DNA of 64,000 nucleotides from Epithemia pelagica. Its lineage: Eukaryota; Protista; Bacillariophyta. A program made the position numbers and the translations under genes. The DNA lies in NCBI GenBank assembly GCA_946965045.2, contig OX337238.1:806001-870000 (forward strand), given 5' to 3'. Positions 11,529-22,888 of this stretch are shown one piece after another (the first letter of the stretch is position 1; each line of letters begins with the position of its first letter). The notes under the pieces are model-generated. The model searched no databases. It had not been told where the DNA came from and saw only the letters and a list, made by a program, of their open reading frames with translations.

Positions 11529-13544
11529 ATGATCGCACCGTTGTATTTTACATTCATCCAATTCTTCTTTGTTGGATCAGCTCTTCTGGTACAAAATCCA
11601 TCTTTCACAACTAGTCGTGCGAAACAAAGCGACCATGCCAAAGAAAAAGACTTGGTGTTTGTTGGCCATTTTCGAAACACCGTCCCAGACACGCAGCACG
11701 GCGGTCCATGTGGAGGACGACCGTCTCAAGACAGATCGAGTTCAGCTTTATCATGCATACCAACGCCTGATGTCGAACAGGAAGGATCCTCTGTTGAAGA
11801 AGAAGTAGACTCGATTGATATGGACAAAAATAACAAATACATTCTTGGCTTGATTGATAATTTGACAACGGCTCTCGACAAGTACATTCTTACTGGGTCA
11901 AAGACTGCCGTGACACAGGCCCAAAACATTCTTGTGACAATTGAATCTCTTGCCGAGAATGAAAAACTGGTCCTTAGGGCACGCAGAATGTTCCAGCGAG
12001 CGGGGATTGTCTTGCCCTCCTCTTCACCCTCAACCAGTGCAGGTCAAGTTGAGGGATCGATGGGCAACGCGGCGATGAATGGAGACGCTTCGGACCGAAA
12101 ACGTGAGGCCGAAGAAAGACTCAAGTGGGAAGAATCGAGAAAAGAAGTGGCCACACCTGTCACTCCTTCAAAAGACTCTAGTTTCACACAGGAAGGAGGT
12201 CGATCTGCGCTGAGTCGGAGAGCCATGGCAAACGGAAAACCAGATTTTCTCATGGGTCAAGTTATGAATCAGTCGCTTGAGAAGATCACTTCATCAAGCA
12301 ATGATAAAAAAGAGCTTGAGAAGGCTCTGTCCTCATCCATAGAGGCCAGTGCAGTTCAGCAACCCGAGGACAATGCGACGAGTGAAGAAGCGGCTGATAA
12401 GGTTGCCGAGCTCGTTGCTCGAGCCGGAGCTGCTTCTTCGTTTAAAGGAGAATCCCTCGGTATTGGCGGGCTCGATGACGTTCTCGCCGAAGTGAAACGT
12501 CGCGTATGGACTCCACTAGCAGCTCCACCTCGATTACTGGATGAACTTGGCATCTGCCCAGTCCGTGGCTTGCTGCTTTACGGAAAGCCTGGCAACGGAA
12601 AAACACTCTTGGCGCGCAAGCTGGGTCAGATATTGTCTCCGCTACGTCCCGTGACGGTGGTTTCTGGACCAGAAGTGATGGACAAGTTTGTGGGAAGCAG
12701 TGAAAAGAATTTGCGTGAAATTTTTGACCATCCACCCGATATATACGATTCGTTTCGAATTGGGGAAAAAGATGGCGGTGCTTCCATTGCGAACGCGGCC
12801 TTGCATGTTGTCGTGATGGATGAGTTTGATGCCATTGCTCGTCGACGAGGGGGCCGTGGAGGCACGGGTGGAGACCAGAGCGACGCCGGCGTAGCAAGAG
12901 ATAGCGTCGTCAATCAGCTTTTGGCCAAAATGGATGGCGTAGATCCCCTCTGTGTTCCGACCTTGGTGATTGGCCTCACCAATAAGCGCAGCTTGATCGA
13001 TCCTGCTCTTCTTCGACCGGGACGATTTGAAGTTCAAGTCGAGGTACCTCCGCCGCGAACGACGGAACAACGAGTGAGTATTCTCAAGGTGCACACCCAC
13101 AATATGCACCAAGCAAATCGCTTAAGTTTGTCAGCCGGAAAGAATGGTGAAAGTGATAAAGACTGTACAACGCCGGAAGTATCGTATGATGAGATGTTAC
13201 AGACCCTTGCGGAAAAGTGTGATGGCTTCTCGGGGGCGTCATTAGCAGGTCTTTCCAGAGCGGCCGCGAGTCGAGCGTTGGAACGAGCTGTGGAAGATTC
13301 CATGACTATGGAGGCTGCCAATGGCGACACTTTGGGTAGCTCCTCACGGCTGCTACGCGAATGCATGGTGACCGTGGCGGATTTCGAGGCGGCCATTGAG
13401 GACATTCGTTCCGGCATGGGTGACAGTGACCACAGCATTGAAGACGAGGAAGAAACTGAAGAAAAAGAATCTTCCAAATCAGAAGACAGCGATGTAGGAA
13501 CGGATTCTGAGGAGGAAGTGGGAGATTCAAGTGGTGGAGAGTGA
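11529..13544 (+). CDS. NSF/Sec18-like AAA+ ATPase with one AAA module and an N-terminal signal peptide
   Basis: GIGGLD, Walker A GKPGNGKT, SGPEVMDKFVGSSEKNLREIF, Walker B VVMDEFDAI, VNQLLAKMDGV, and SRH IGLTNKRSLIDPALLRPGRFEVQVEV. The first ATG is at 11529 (MIAPLYFTFIQFFFVGSALL); the track's GTG start at 11421 is an unlikely extension. Confidence 0.88.
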   Translation: MIAPLYFTFIQFFFVGSALLVQNPSFTTSRAKQSDHAKEKDLVFVGHFRNTVPDTQHGGPCGGRPSQDRSSSALSCIPTPDVEQEGSSVEEEVDSIDMDKNNKYILGLIDNLTTALDKYILTGSKTAVTQAQNILVTIESLAENEKLVLRARRMFQRAGIVLPSSSPSTSAGQVEGSMGNAAMNGDASDRKREAEERLKWEESRKEVATPVTPSKDSSFTQEGGRSALSRRAMANGKPDFLMGQVMNQSLEKITSSSNDKKELEKALSSSIEASAVQQPEDNATSEEAADKVAELVARAGAASSFKGESLGIGGLDDVLAEVKRRVWTPLAAPPRLLDELGICPVRGLLLYGKPGNGKTLLARKLGQILSPLRPVTVVSGPEVMDKFVGSSEKNLREIFDHPPDIYDSFRIGEKDGGASIANAALHVVVMDEFDAIARRRGGRGGTGGDQSDAGVARDSVVNQLLAKMDGVDPLCVPTLVIGLTNKRSLIDPALLRPGRFEVQVEVPPPRTTEQRVSILKVHTHNMHQANRLSLSAGKNGESDKDCTTPEVSYDEMLQTLAEKCDGFSGASLAGLSRAAASRALERAVEDSMTMEAANGDTLGSSSRLLRECMVTVADFEAAIEDIRSGMGDSDHSIEDEEETEEKESSKSEDSDVGTDSEEEVGDSSGGE

Positions 13545-14332
13545 TTTGTATCGCAGTTGCTCTTTTTGGAAATATGGAACCCGAGCTCTCATTCGAGTCT
13601 GGGAGCGGACATGGACACGAAATCTCTTGTCCACACAAAGAGTGAAGAGGAAGGTGAATGATGAACTCAGAACCCGAACGAGCCAGGTTGGCGGTATCCT
13701 ATTATCTTCACAAATCTCATTCTTGTAAAGGGTTATTCGCTATTAAGATCGCGTTACATATTGCTTCGACATTTCTATTGTAGGTCGTCAATAGAAGATG
13801 AAGAAATTCACTGTACATTCGTCAATAAGTTCGATTGGCCATTCACAATGCTCATGATGCCATGATTCCTTGACCACCATTGAGCCTTATACTGCATTTT
13901 ACATTTTTCCGTCATCCGTCATCGTCATCCATCGTTGATTGATCCAAATCCCCCAAGACGCAAGCCTCCCTACCTCCATGTCATCCAAGATTTTTCAAGA
14001 AGACGGTTGAGAGGCGGGGCAATATGAAGGCTATATTGTTTGATCGGATGTCCCGACGCCGGCTGGTCATCCCAATTTTTCGTTGTCCCGAACGAACACA
14101 ACACACACGGTTTTCGTCGAACGAGCATTCTGAAATGCATGTGGGAACGGAGCACATGCCTACGAGCACGATATACCGTGCTAGAGTGAAAGAGTTTTCT
14201 CACCAAAAATCTCGGATACTCTAGAGCACTGGAAGTGAACGCTGGCGCTCCCCTCCAAATCTTGTCCAGAGTGCCGAAGCAGTGCGGCCAAAAATACCCA
14301 AGTGTTATTGTCGATTGTCGTCAAAATTTAGA

Positions 14333-15358
14333 ATGCGGCAGGATGCACATGAAGCGGTACACAACGTCCATCGCCTGACCAACGCGACTTGTCGTCGTCG
14401 TCCCTCATCATCATTCCAGGAGACAGACGATCACGCATTGCGGATTGTACAATCCTTGACCACCATGAGAGCGGCCAGCGACGTTGGCTTTCGCCAAGCA
14501 CCACCACATGCCTCCCACCCTGGTTACGACGAGAACCAGAATGGTGGATATGACCCTGCCATTCTGAATCGTACCTCGTCGGATATGAATGAGGCCAGTC
14601 TAACAGAATCCATAGAAGACATGTCTCGACAACAAACCAAAAAGGCTTCGAATGGTATGAATTCGTCACCAAACAGAACGAGATCGGCCTATTCCGAAGC
14701 ATTATTTGACGAATCACGGCATCAACGGTCACTGCAAGACAGATTGTCCGCAGCTGCAGCATATTTCACAACCTCTGGTGACGAAGATCTAGAGGAAATT
14801 GACCGCGATGAAAGAGACCGGAAACATTCTCTGGTGGTGTCACTTGTCTCCTTTCTTCTGTGCGACGACAATGGTTGTTCGTATTCCGACAATGTGACAA
14901 GTAAGAAAAAGGGATGCCGCTATCACGTGGATGACTCAAGTGTCATTGAAGAGATATTTTCTGTAGACGATTATGGAACGGAGGATAAAGACGAAGTGGA
15001 AGATTATTCGGACATGTTGGATCGAATGCTCTTTCGAACGGCTAATAGTTTGGACGAGAATGAGAGCGATGAAGACTCGCTGGTGGAAACCGAGTACACG
15101 ACCGATTACTCGGTGGAAACAGAAGAAACGAGCGAATCATCGTACTTCACAGCACCCAATTACATTCCAATTCGATCAAATAAAGCATCACGCAAGAACA
15201 ACAAGAAGAAAAAGCCTACTTCCCGAATGTCCGGCCCGCCCAAGAAAACACTGAACAAAGGCAAGTCCAAGAAGGAAAAAACAAGGGAGTCGAAGCCACC
15301 AAAACGTTCCAAGTACAACCCCAAAAAACCATGTTATTCGGTGCGCTACGATTTCTAA
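14333..15358 (+). CDS. Hypothetical low-complexity protein (acidic middle, Lys-rich C-terminus)
   Basis: Long open frame 14282..15358, first ATG ~14333 (MRQDAHE). No recognised domain. Confidence 0.6.
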   Translation: MRQDAHEAVHNVHRLTNATCRRRPSSSFQETDDHALRIVQSLTTMRAASDVGFRQAPPHASHPGYDENQNGGYDPAILNRTSSDMNEASLTESIEDMSRQQTKKASNGMNSSPNRTRSAYSEALFDESRHQRSLQDRLSAAAAYFTTSGDEDLEEIDRDERDRKHSLVVSLVSFLLCDDNGCSYSDNVTSKKKGCRYHVDDSSVIEEIFSVDDYGTEDKDEVEDYSDMLDRMLFRTANSLDENESDEDSLVETEYTTDYSVETEETSESSYFTAPNYIPIRSNKASRKNNKKKKPTSRMSGPPKKTLNKGKSKKEKTRESKPPKRSKYNPKKPCYSVRYDF

Positions 15359-15867
15359 GGGGGGAAGTTTCAAGCAACCATCAGCACTATAGATAATTGT
15401 AGTGTATCCATTTGTTATCATAAGTTTTCGACCGGAAGAGACAATATATGATCCAAGCACAGCCACAGTCTAGCTCCTTAGGAAAAAGATTAATGTAGCT
15501 GTCATGCATGGCCACAACGAGGAAATTTGAGTTCCTAAGGCCGTCACGAATGCCTCTGTAACCAATCAAGCTTCCTTCATAGTCTCAAGGCTGTGCAAGT
15601 GGATGTGCGATCGAACAAAGAAGGAAGACGCCCCTTTTCCGTGCCGTCAAGTCGAGCTAAGAAAGTAAGTGCATGAGCAACGAGATAATTCCCTGGGATG
15701 GTATCGGGAGAGCAATTTGTATAGCCTGCGATCGACCCCGCAAATCAAGATCTTACGTTGCAGCATTCGCCAGCAACACGAAGGGACCCTGTCACATACT
15801 CGTTCCAACATTGCCGGACATGTGTCATCACAGCTAGGAAGATATCGATGAGGTCCCGTTCTCCGTC

Positions 15868-16938
15868 TTACTGAGAAAATGGGAACTTTTGATTCATATC
15901 AACTTGGTAGTAACGCTTTGGATCCTTCTTGGCTTCTCGAAACAGTTGCTGTCGTTGGGATTGTCCTTCCCAATCGCCTCGCCGCATTTCAGCCGGTGGT
16001 AACAATCCTTCGGCTGTATTCCCCGAAGGACCAAAGGTATCCAACTCATCGGATTCTACAAACCACAGGGATCTTTGACGATTTCTCAACACAATGAGTT
16101 TGGTGTACTTGAGTTGTTTGCGAATGCGTTCACATCGTTCTCGATTGGAAAGCGAGGAGGACAAAAGGTTGTTGTTGTTGTTGTTGCTTCCGGCCAAAGA
16201 TTCGACACGAAACTGAACCGTTGTATCCTCAAGTGTAAAGTAAAATTCGCCAACCGACTCTTCTCCCGTCGAACCGTCCGTGAACAGTACTCGCAAGTAT
16301 CGTCCTTGTTGACGCAACACATGTACTTGATCTCCATGTTGTGCTGATACGGTTTGAATGGCTTGCTTCAGGGCCAACATGCGTTGTGCTACTTCCTGGT
16401 CCTCTTGATTGCCCTCGTCTCCATCCTTTTCCTTGTGGTTGTCTCTCTCCACTACCGGTACTGTCGTGTCGGAATAATCCCAGGGCTCGGCAAACACAGA
16501 GGGAGCATCGTCTTGAGATGAGACACATCCAGCTGGTCCCGTGGCCGACTTTTTGGAGGGACAGTCGGCCAGCAAACCATCCCATACGCCCAAACAGGTG
16601 CGGTCGTTGCAAGTTTCATCTTTTCCCACGGTTTCGGCAGCTCCGGTTTCCGTCCGGAATGCGCTCCACAGCAAAAGGCTTTGGGTACAACTGGTCAACA
16701 TGGAACGACGCGTCAAGGCATCCACGGCAGAAGGACTGGTCTGCGAAGCCTCCAAGAGATCTGTAACAACTTGGTTTGAGTCGACCATGCCATGTGGTCC
16801 ATCGGGAGAAACCAATGACGTCGATTGCGGCATTCGGTTGTCGCTGAAAACGAATCCATTTTCGAGACTGCACCAAGATTCAACCAGCCTTATGAACAGG
16901 ACATTCCACAAGAAGAAGTTGAAAAGCAACCACGCCAT
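15868..16938 (-). CDS. DUF1499-like protein, probably thylakoid-lumen targeted
   Basis: GVWDGLLADCP...GCVSSQDD...FAEPWDY...GEFYF...VQFRV...NRERCERIRKQL. ATG 16938 gives a signal peptide (MAWLLFNFFLWNVLFIRLVES), a transit-like region and a twin-Arg motif LTRRSML...LLLWSA. Confidence 0.75.
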   Translation of the reverse strand: MAWLLFNFFLWNVLFIRLVESWCSLENGFVFSDNRMPQSTSLVSPDGPHGMVDSNQVVTDLLEASQTSPSAVDALTRRSMLTSCTQSLLLWSAFRTETGAAETVGKDETCNDRTCLGVWDGLLADCPSKKSATGPAGCVSSQDDAPSVFAEPWDYSDTTVPVVERDNHKEKDGDEGNQEDQEVAQRMLALKQAIQTVSAQHGDQVHVLRQQGRYLRVLFTDGSTGEESVGEFYFTLEDTTVQFRVESLAGSNNNNNNLLSSSLSNRERCERIRKQLKYTKLIVLRNRQRSLWFVESDELDTFGPSGNTAEGLLPPAEMRRGDWEGQSQRQQLFREAKKDPKRYYQVDMNQKFPFSQ

Positions 16939-17712
16939 GGTGAAGTCACAAAGAACCCAAACGATGTTGACCGAGAGGAACAGCGCATCACAAGATTCCC
17001 AAAAAGAGAGGGCCACAACACTAATACGTAGTACGTACTTGTACGTGGTCAGTCAATGCAAGTCGACCCCATACGCAAGCCGACATTCGAGGTCCCCCAA
17101 ATGGCTCTGCATGCGTGGATGGGACATGTGGGGGTTAAATAAGATTGTACAAAAATCTATTATCTTCTAAGTAGTGTAGGTTTTCATTGTCACGACTCCG
17201 TTGTCACATTTTGAAAGTTTGGAATTTGGAAGATCGACCTGTTGATGGTTGATAAGGTGATCCATGAAAGCGTCCCAGTGATATGCGGGCACCCTTCATG
17301 GCAAACGATGGTCTCTTTTCGTACCAGAGTGGTAGGATTATCTGCTTCCACCGGCGCCACTACTGTTCTTTCCATGCATAGGCACGAGTACCGCCGAAGC
17401 GCGTGGGGGATTTGATTTCCGTTTCAAGCTTCACCCTTGTGCAAGATGAAACGTCGAACATACCCCAAGAGCCATTCGCCCATCAGTTTCCGGTAACCCT
17501 CTCATCGCACACCCTCACATTGAGTCACAGTACAAAAGCACAAAACCAGTCTTTCGTTGTGCACCACAACGGCTCTCTTGATGAACTGGAGTCGTACAAA
17601 TGAGTGCTCCTCGCACTTCCTCACGCATCCTTCCAAAAGCTTTCCATTCGTCTCATAGATTTCAGTCGACGAGATACGATAACACTCCATTGAAAAGGCA
17701 ATAGATATACAA

Positions 17713-19359
17713 ATGAATCAATGCACAAGGACTTGGCAGTCCTTGGCCGTTGCTCCCGTGACACCCTCACCTTCATTTCTGTCGAGCTATCGTTCCTGGA
17801 ATGATGACTGCGTTGATGACACAGCTCCAGAACTGGACTTCGTGATGGAAATCAATGACATGACTCGTTTCAACCCCCACAATGACAAGGAGATCGAACC
17901 CTTGCATTCCACGCAGGCACCAATCATGCAGACAGACAATGCCGAGATTCCAGTCCGAATGTTCCAAGTCGAGGCATACCCAGTTTCCGCAGCAGACCAC
18001 CAGGACTATTACGACCTCCAAGAGTCGATGGAATCAGAAACGGCAACGACTGAACATTCGAATGCGCATGATCTCATCGAGTCAATGGAATCGACTACGA
18101 CCAACGCACGAGTGAAGGATTACGACGAACTGCCAGTTCTCGATTATCCAATTCCTGACGACGTATTGGAAGCAGAAGTAACAGGCCGAGTGGCAACCGC
18201 AGAAACCAATGACGCCCAAAACGACGAGGGCAACTTCCGTTTCTACCAAACACCCGAGACTCCACCCCGCACGAGCAGTCCCATGGAGCACCAGACGCTC
18301 CCTGCCGTCATACCGCCCTGCAACGGCAACTTCTCGGAGCACGAAAATACCGCACACTCAGTCACTTTGGACGAATCCGACGACGACACAATCGTCTCTT
18401 ATCGAGCACCGAAGACTCCACCACCAACGAGCTACGCTGACCACAAGGCTCGCGTTTTTGTTACACCTTCTATCGGCAAATGTCCTCCTCAGGTCCTGCG
18501 TGATACGAAATCCGATCCTTGGGAGAGAATGACACGCGAGGACTACAGCGTTTGCAGCACAGGAAATCATGATCCACCTTCTGATCCGTGGGAAAGAATG
18601 ACAGGAGAAGACTACAGCGTTTGCAGTACAGGTCATCGTAGCCAAAACTCAGATCCATCTGAGAGAATTACACGCGAAGACCACAGCGTTTGCAGTGCTG
18701 GATATGAGTCTTTGACTGACGAGGATATTTGGGTACTGCATAACACACCCATAATGGATATCGCACCAGAAGTCGGAACTGCTAAAGTCGGGACCACCCT
18801 TGGCCGGGGTTGGAACACCGGCACATCCGTTCAAACAAAAAGCGGAGAGCCACGCCGTTTCGCTCATTGGACACCCGAGGAAGACGAGATTCTGAAGCAA
18901 GCGGTCAAGTCCGAAGAGGGACACACCATCAGTTGGACTTTGATTTCCAAAAAGTACTTTGATGGAAAGCGCAACATGAACCAATGCAAAGGAAGGTGGG
19001 CAAAGCTTCAGCGAAGTACAATGCCATGGACAAGTCAAGAAAACGAGTTCATTGTAGAATGCCGAAGATTAAATGAATCTTTTTCTTCCATTGCAAAAAA
19101 GCTTCACGGTCGCACCATGAGTCAAATTCGGGAGCATTACAACAATGTGATCAATCCGATCCTTGATAAATCACCTCTCACAGAGGAAGAGAAACATATT
19201 ATTTTTCAAAAACAAAAAGAAGTTGGCAACAAATGGAGTACCATTGCCAGATTTTTGAAAGGACGTTCGGAAACTCAAATCAAGAATTGCTGGCACAACG
19301 CCAAAATGTCCCAACGCCGTCGTCTCAACAAGATTCGACAAACTGGGGCAACTGCATAA
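17713..19359 (+). CDS. MYB transcription factor with three C-terminal Myb repeats
   Basis: WTPEEDEILKQAV...SWTLISK...QCKGRW; WTSQENEFIV...RTMSQIREHYNNVINP; LTEEEKHII...GNKWSTIARFLKGRSETQIKNCWH. Confidence 0.9.
   Translation: MNQCTRTWQSLAVAPVTPSPSFLSSYRSWNDDCVDDTAPELDFVMEINDMTRFNPHNDKEIEPLHSTQAPIMQTDNAEIPVRMFQVEAYPVSAADHQDYYDLQESMESETATTEHSNAHDLIESMESTTTNARVKDYDELPVLDYPIPDDVLEAEVTGRVATAETNDAQNDEGNFRFYQTPETPPRTSSPMEHQTLPAVIPPCNGNFSEHENTAHSVTLDESDDDTIVSYRAPKTPPPTSYADHKARVFVTPSIGKCPPQVLRDTKSDPWERMTREDYSVCSTGNHDPPSDPWERMTGEDYSVCSTGHRSQNSDPSERITREDHSVCSAGYESLTDEDIWVLHNTPIMDIAPEVGTAKVGTTLGRGWNTGTSVQTKSGEPRRFAHWTPEEDEILKQAVKSEEGHTISWTLISKKYFDGKRNMNQCKGRWAKLQRSTMPWTSQENEFIVECRRLNESFSSIAKKLHGRTMSQIREHYNNVINPILDKSPLTEEEKHIIFQKQKEVGNKWSTIARFLKGRSETQIKNCWHNAKMSQRRRLNKIRQTGATA
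18511..18712 (+). repeat. Three in-frame 69-bp (23 aa) tandem repeats inside the MYB gene
   Basis: Units start at 18511, 18580 and 18649: SDPWERMTREDYSVCSTG / SDPWERMTGEDYSVCSTG / SDPSERITREDHSVCSAG. Confidence 0.9.
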
Positions 19360-20012
19360 ACATTCGCATGAAGGGTTGGGGACAAAAATGCAACTGAATT
19401 GACTTGTAAAACCAGAAAATGTAAAGAGTAATATAATACTTGATTCCAGATACGACTCTTTTGCCTCTTATCGACAGCACCGTCCATTGTTGTGGTCGAA
19501 ATGACGTAGAAATGAGGTATTGCATCTCTCAATCTTCTGGTATCACGGCGTAGACACTTGATGATTCAAGTAGGTACTGGGTCGGTTGCAGCACTCTCGA
19601 CATGCGCCACCTCGTTTCGTAACTCAATGCAATGAACACTTCCTCGCTTTAAATCCTCGGAGCGCAGCACAAGAAGAATTCGTACATTCGAATACAACTC
19701 GACTCCACACCATGGTATTGGATTTGTCTTCGGGATCTTTACTCGGAAAGAAAGTCAAAGCGGTTGATCGAACTGATGTAATCAATAACATTAAATGATT
19801 GGGTGATGGCCGCTGAGAAGTGTGTTACTCATCCGCGACCAAATCAATAGCTTAAGTAGTAATCTCCAGCGGGAGTCTTCATATGATTGAATCACTATAA
19901 TAATTTGAGATGAATTAGCATAAAATATTTCAACGCTGGGGGTCTACGCCACAAAAAGATCTTTTCGGGATCTGGCGCAACAACAGCAGACCACCTTCTG
20001 CTGCCAGTGACA

Positions 20013-20752
20013 ATGATGTGGTTGCGTTCTTCGAGCCGTGCGCTGGGGACTGCTCGTCCAAGGTGGTCGACTGGATTTGCCGCTGTCGGAACCAAACGAT
20101 GCTTTTCTGCCGTCATCAACTTGAGCGATAACGAAGCTGTCCAAAAGTTCATTCGACAAAAACCCAAATCCGTATTGTACTTTACGGCGGTACGTCAAGT
20201 TCAGGAACTGGGGTTGGATCAAGTCGAACCGAACAGTCGACGGCCCCAATCGGATTTATCCAATGACCGAGCGATCTGTCGCCTTTTCACTTGAGAAGCA
20301 AAGTGTGCTCGCACGTCACAAAACTAACCTGTCCCCTTCTCTCTTCTTTTTGCAGAACTGGTGCGGCCCCTGTCGACAAATTAAACCAATTTATGAGGAA
20401 ATGTCTGGCAAGTACGAAGATATTTCATTTGGAAAGGTTCGTTCTGACACAGTAAAGATTGACTCGGTCAATTGATCTTTTCTGCTCATAACCCTTACCT
20501 TGTGTTCTTGCTGTGGTGGTTCTTTCTGGGTACTGATGTTATGGTCATTGATTGCAATCCATGTTGGGTTCGATGCTGCTAAAGGTCGATGTTGATGAAA
20601 ACCAAGATGCAGCAGCAGAATATCAGATTCAAGCCGTCCCAACCTTTGTCTTTTACGATCGCTCCACGAACGAGGATGCGCCCATCAATCGCTTTGCCGG
20701 TGCCGATCCCAATCAATTGGAATCTCTTACCAAAGAATTACAAGACAGATAA
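20013..20752 (+). CDS. TRX: Thioredoxin (WCGPC) with a mitochondrial-type presequence, 3 exons
   Basis: Join 20013..20189, 20356..20436, 20585..20752 gives ...VLYFTA|NWCGPCRQIKPIYEEMSGKYEDISFGK|VDVDENQDAAAEYQIQAVPTF. Donors are GTACGT and GTTCGT. The second acceptor is AAG. Confidence 0.92.
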
Positions 20753-21028
20753 AAAATTGAAACCACTCTACGTATAGTACAGAAGAACCTCACCCAAACA
20801 CTTATTTTCTAAGATACGTGTCGCACTCCACAATGAGATAGACTCTGTGTTTCGAGACTAGACGGGTCCCGCATTTTCACCTCAAAAACTGAAGTGTCTC
20901 CCGATCTTCATTGAGGCCGCAATACAAAAAGAGAGAAAGCCACTCAAAGACAATGTTGCTCTGTACTGCCGCAGCCGCATTCAAACATCATGTTTTGAGG
21001 AGAGATCTTGGGTATATTCTGATGTGAA

Positions 21029-21649
21029 ATGCGTGCTGCAATGTATAAAATCTTACCATTCGAATGTTGCTGTAGCCAACAGTCTACCAGGAACCGCACT
21101 GTTACCATTCTGTGGCGTAGCTTTGCCAGCACCAACGACGAATTGGCGAATGCCTTGGGCAAAGCCGCAGAAAGGCTGAAACGAGAAGAGAAAAATGATT
21201 TGAACACTCAGAAACTCAATGATATTGATCAGAAATTAGGTGATATCAACCAACGCCTTGCTGAACTGACAGAAGCTATTCGCTCCAGTGCGAAAGATAC
21301 CTCTGCGAAATTGGAGAGTTCGTGTGTGAAGATCACAGCGCTAGAAAGTAGGTTGGTGGTGACAAGGCTGGCTGAAAAACGAGAATCACGTCTTCAATCT
21401 GCTACAATTTGTGCTGATCTGATCACCAAAAAAATCAAGAACATCATGTATGATACTGATACCGTTATGGTTTTAGAGATCTTGTGGGCCTTTCAAAATC
21501 GCAAGAGTTACACATTACACTTTACATGGAGAGGAGATACGACCCGCAAACTTGCCCAAGTCTTGGAAGACGCAATTGGGAGCAGCGTTGTCGTGGCCAA
21601 GACTCCACAAGGTCGATACCCGGAGAGATACATACTTTCTTTGCCATAG
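21029..21649 (+). CDS. Family A copy 1 (most divergent): presequence + coiled coil + small C-terminal domain, unknown function
   Basis: LANALGKAAERLK...ESRLQSA...VLEILWAFQN...LAQVLEDAIG aligns by eye with TAKAVAAVADKLK...ASRLQFA...VECLLLTFRQ...FAKVLEDYIG of copy 5. Confidence 0.7.
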   Translation: MRAAMYKILPFECCCSQQSTRNRTVTILWRSFASTNDELANALGKAAERLKREEKNDLNTQKLNDIDQKLGDINQRLAELTEAIRSSAKDTSAKLESSCVKITALESRLVVTRLAEKRESRLQSATICADLITKKIKNIMYDTDTVMVLEILWAFQNRKSYTLHFTWRGDTTRKLAQVLEDAIGSSVVVAKTPQGRYPERYILSLP

Positions 21650-22218
21650 TTTCACTTTCCCGATGTGCATCAGGCGGCTTTTAGAAAGGAACGAATGCGA
21701 TATACATTTTCAGCCGTTTCAGACCAATATTCAATAGTTCCCTTATCTTTCGGATCATAGCCCAAAGGCTCTCTCTTCTTTCATCAAATACGAAGCAAGA
21801 GAACTCACTTGATGTTGTTTGTCACGGCAGCATTTTGCTGCGTTATTGCTCCGAGACATCCGTAGCTTCTGATGTTTTATATCCTTTTTCTTGAATTCTT
21901 TTCAACGCTTGGAAAGCGATGATTAAAGGTCTCACAACTCTTGCAATCGCGCTACACTGCCTATCACAAAGAGAAAAGAACACACGTTCATAAGTTCAGG
22001 GCAGGCATTCTCGCAAGGCACGAGAATCATTTTTACAGTACCCCTCAAAAGACTGGAGTTTGGCAGTGATGCCAGCTGGCACCATTGATTGATCTCCTCC
22101 CTATCGGTTTCACTGCAAACTCCAACTCGACCATAGTTCACCCGAAATCCAGCTCCTCCACACCAAACCGACGTTCGATTGAAAGAATCCTAGATCCATT
22201 TTACTTTTCAAAATCAAC

Positions 22219-22505
22219 ATGTCTGGTCAAGATCGCAGTCGCAGTGGCGGAACCCGGTAAGCCACACAATACCATGCCATTGACCCATATCTTTGCGTTG
22301 CAGTGGACTCGTTCCTCACTCCAGTGGTTCTTTTTCCTTTCACAACAGAGGATTCGGCTCGCCTCGTCCCATGCCTTCCAATTCATCCTACAACTCCAGG
22401 CCCTCCAGTGGGAAAGGTCCCGGAAATGCCGGTGGTTGGCCTTCCACGACGGGCAAGCCCAGTGGAGGCAACCGTTCGAATAACCCTCCCCGTAAGCAAA
22501 AGTAG
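22219..22505 (+). CDS. Family B copy 1: ~79 aa Gly/Ser/Pro-rich microprotein, 2 exons
   Basis: Join 22219..22256 + 22304..22505, intron GTAAGC...TTGAC...TTGCAG (47 bp, short). Product MSGQDRSRSGGTRGLVPHSSG...GKGPGNAGGWPSTTGKPSGGNRSNNPPRKQK. The motif frame is retained in other copies. Confidence 0.55.
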
Positions 22506-22888
22506 TCAAGCGTTTAAAAGCGGAAGGATCTAAGACATGACCAAAAGCTTGCTGAAAATCATGCGGTCCAGACCACCGCCTCTCCTCCTCCATCCCCTTG
22601 CACCCATTACCATACGCAGAGAGTCGCTCGAGTTGTTCCAAAAGTGCGACGCCAGGATGTTTTGGGCATGCTTTCGGCTCGTCCATCGTCACATTTCAAC
22701 CACAGGACAGAAATGAACAGTGCCCTTGACGGCGATTTTCACTGCTACGCCAAACCATTTCTTAGGATGGCTAGTGTTCCTTTCGTCCATCATAGAGAGA
22801 GTTTTCAAGCATCCGATGGATGGATTCCCATTGACCGTTGTGTCGTCATTGGAATCCCTATCGATTTCACCGAAAATTCCGATGGAAG

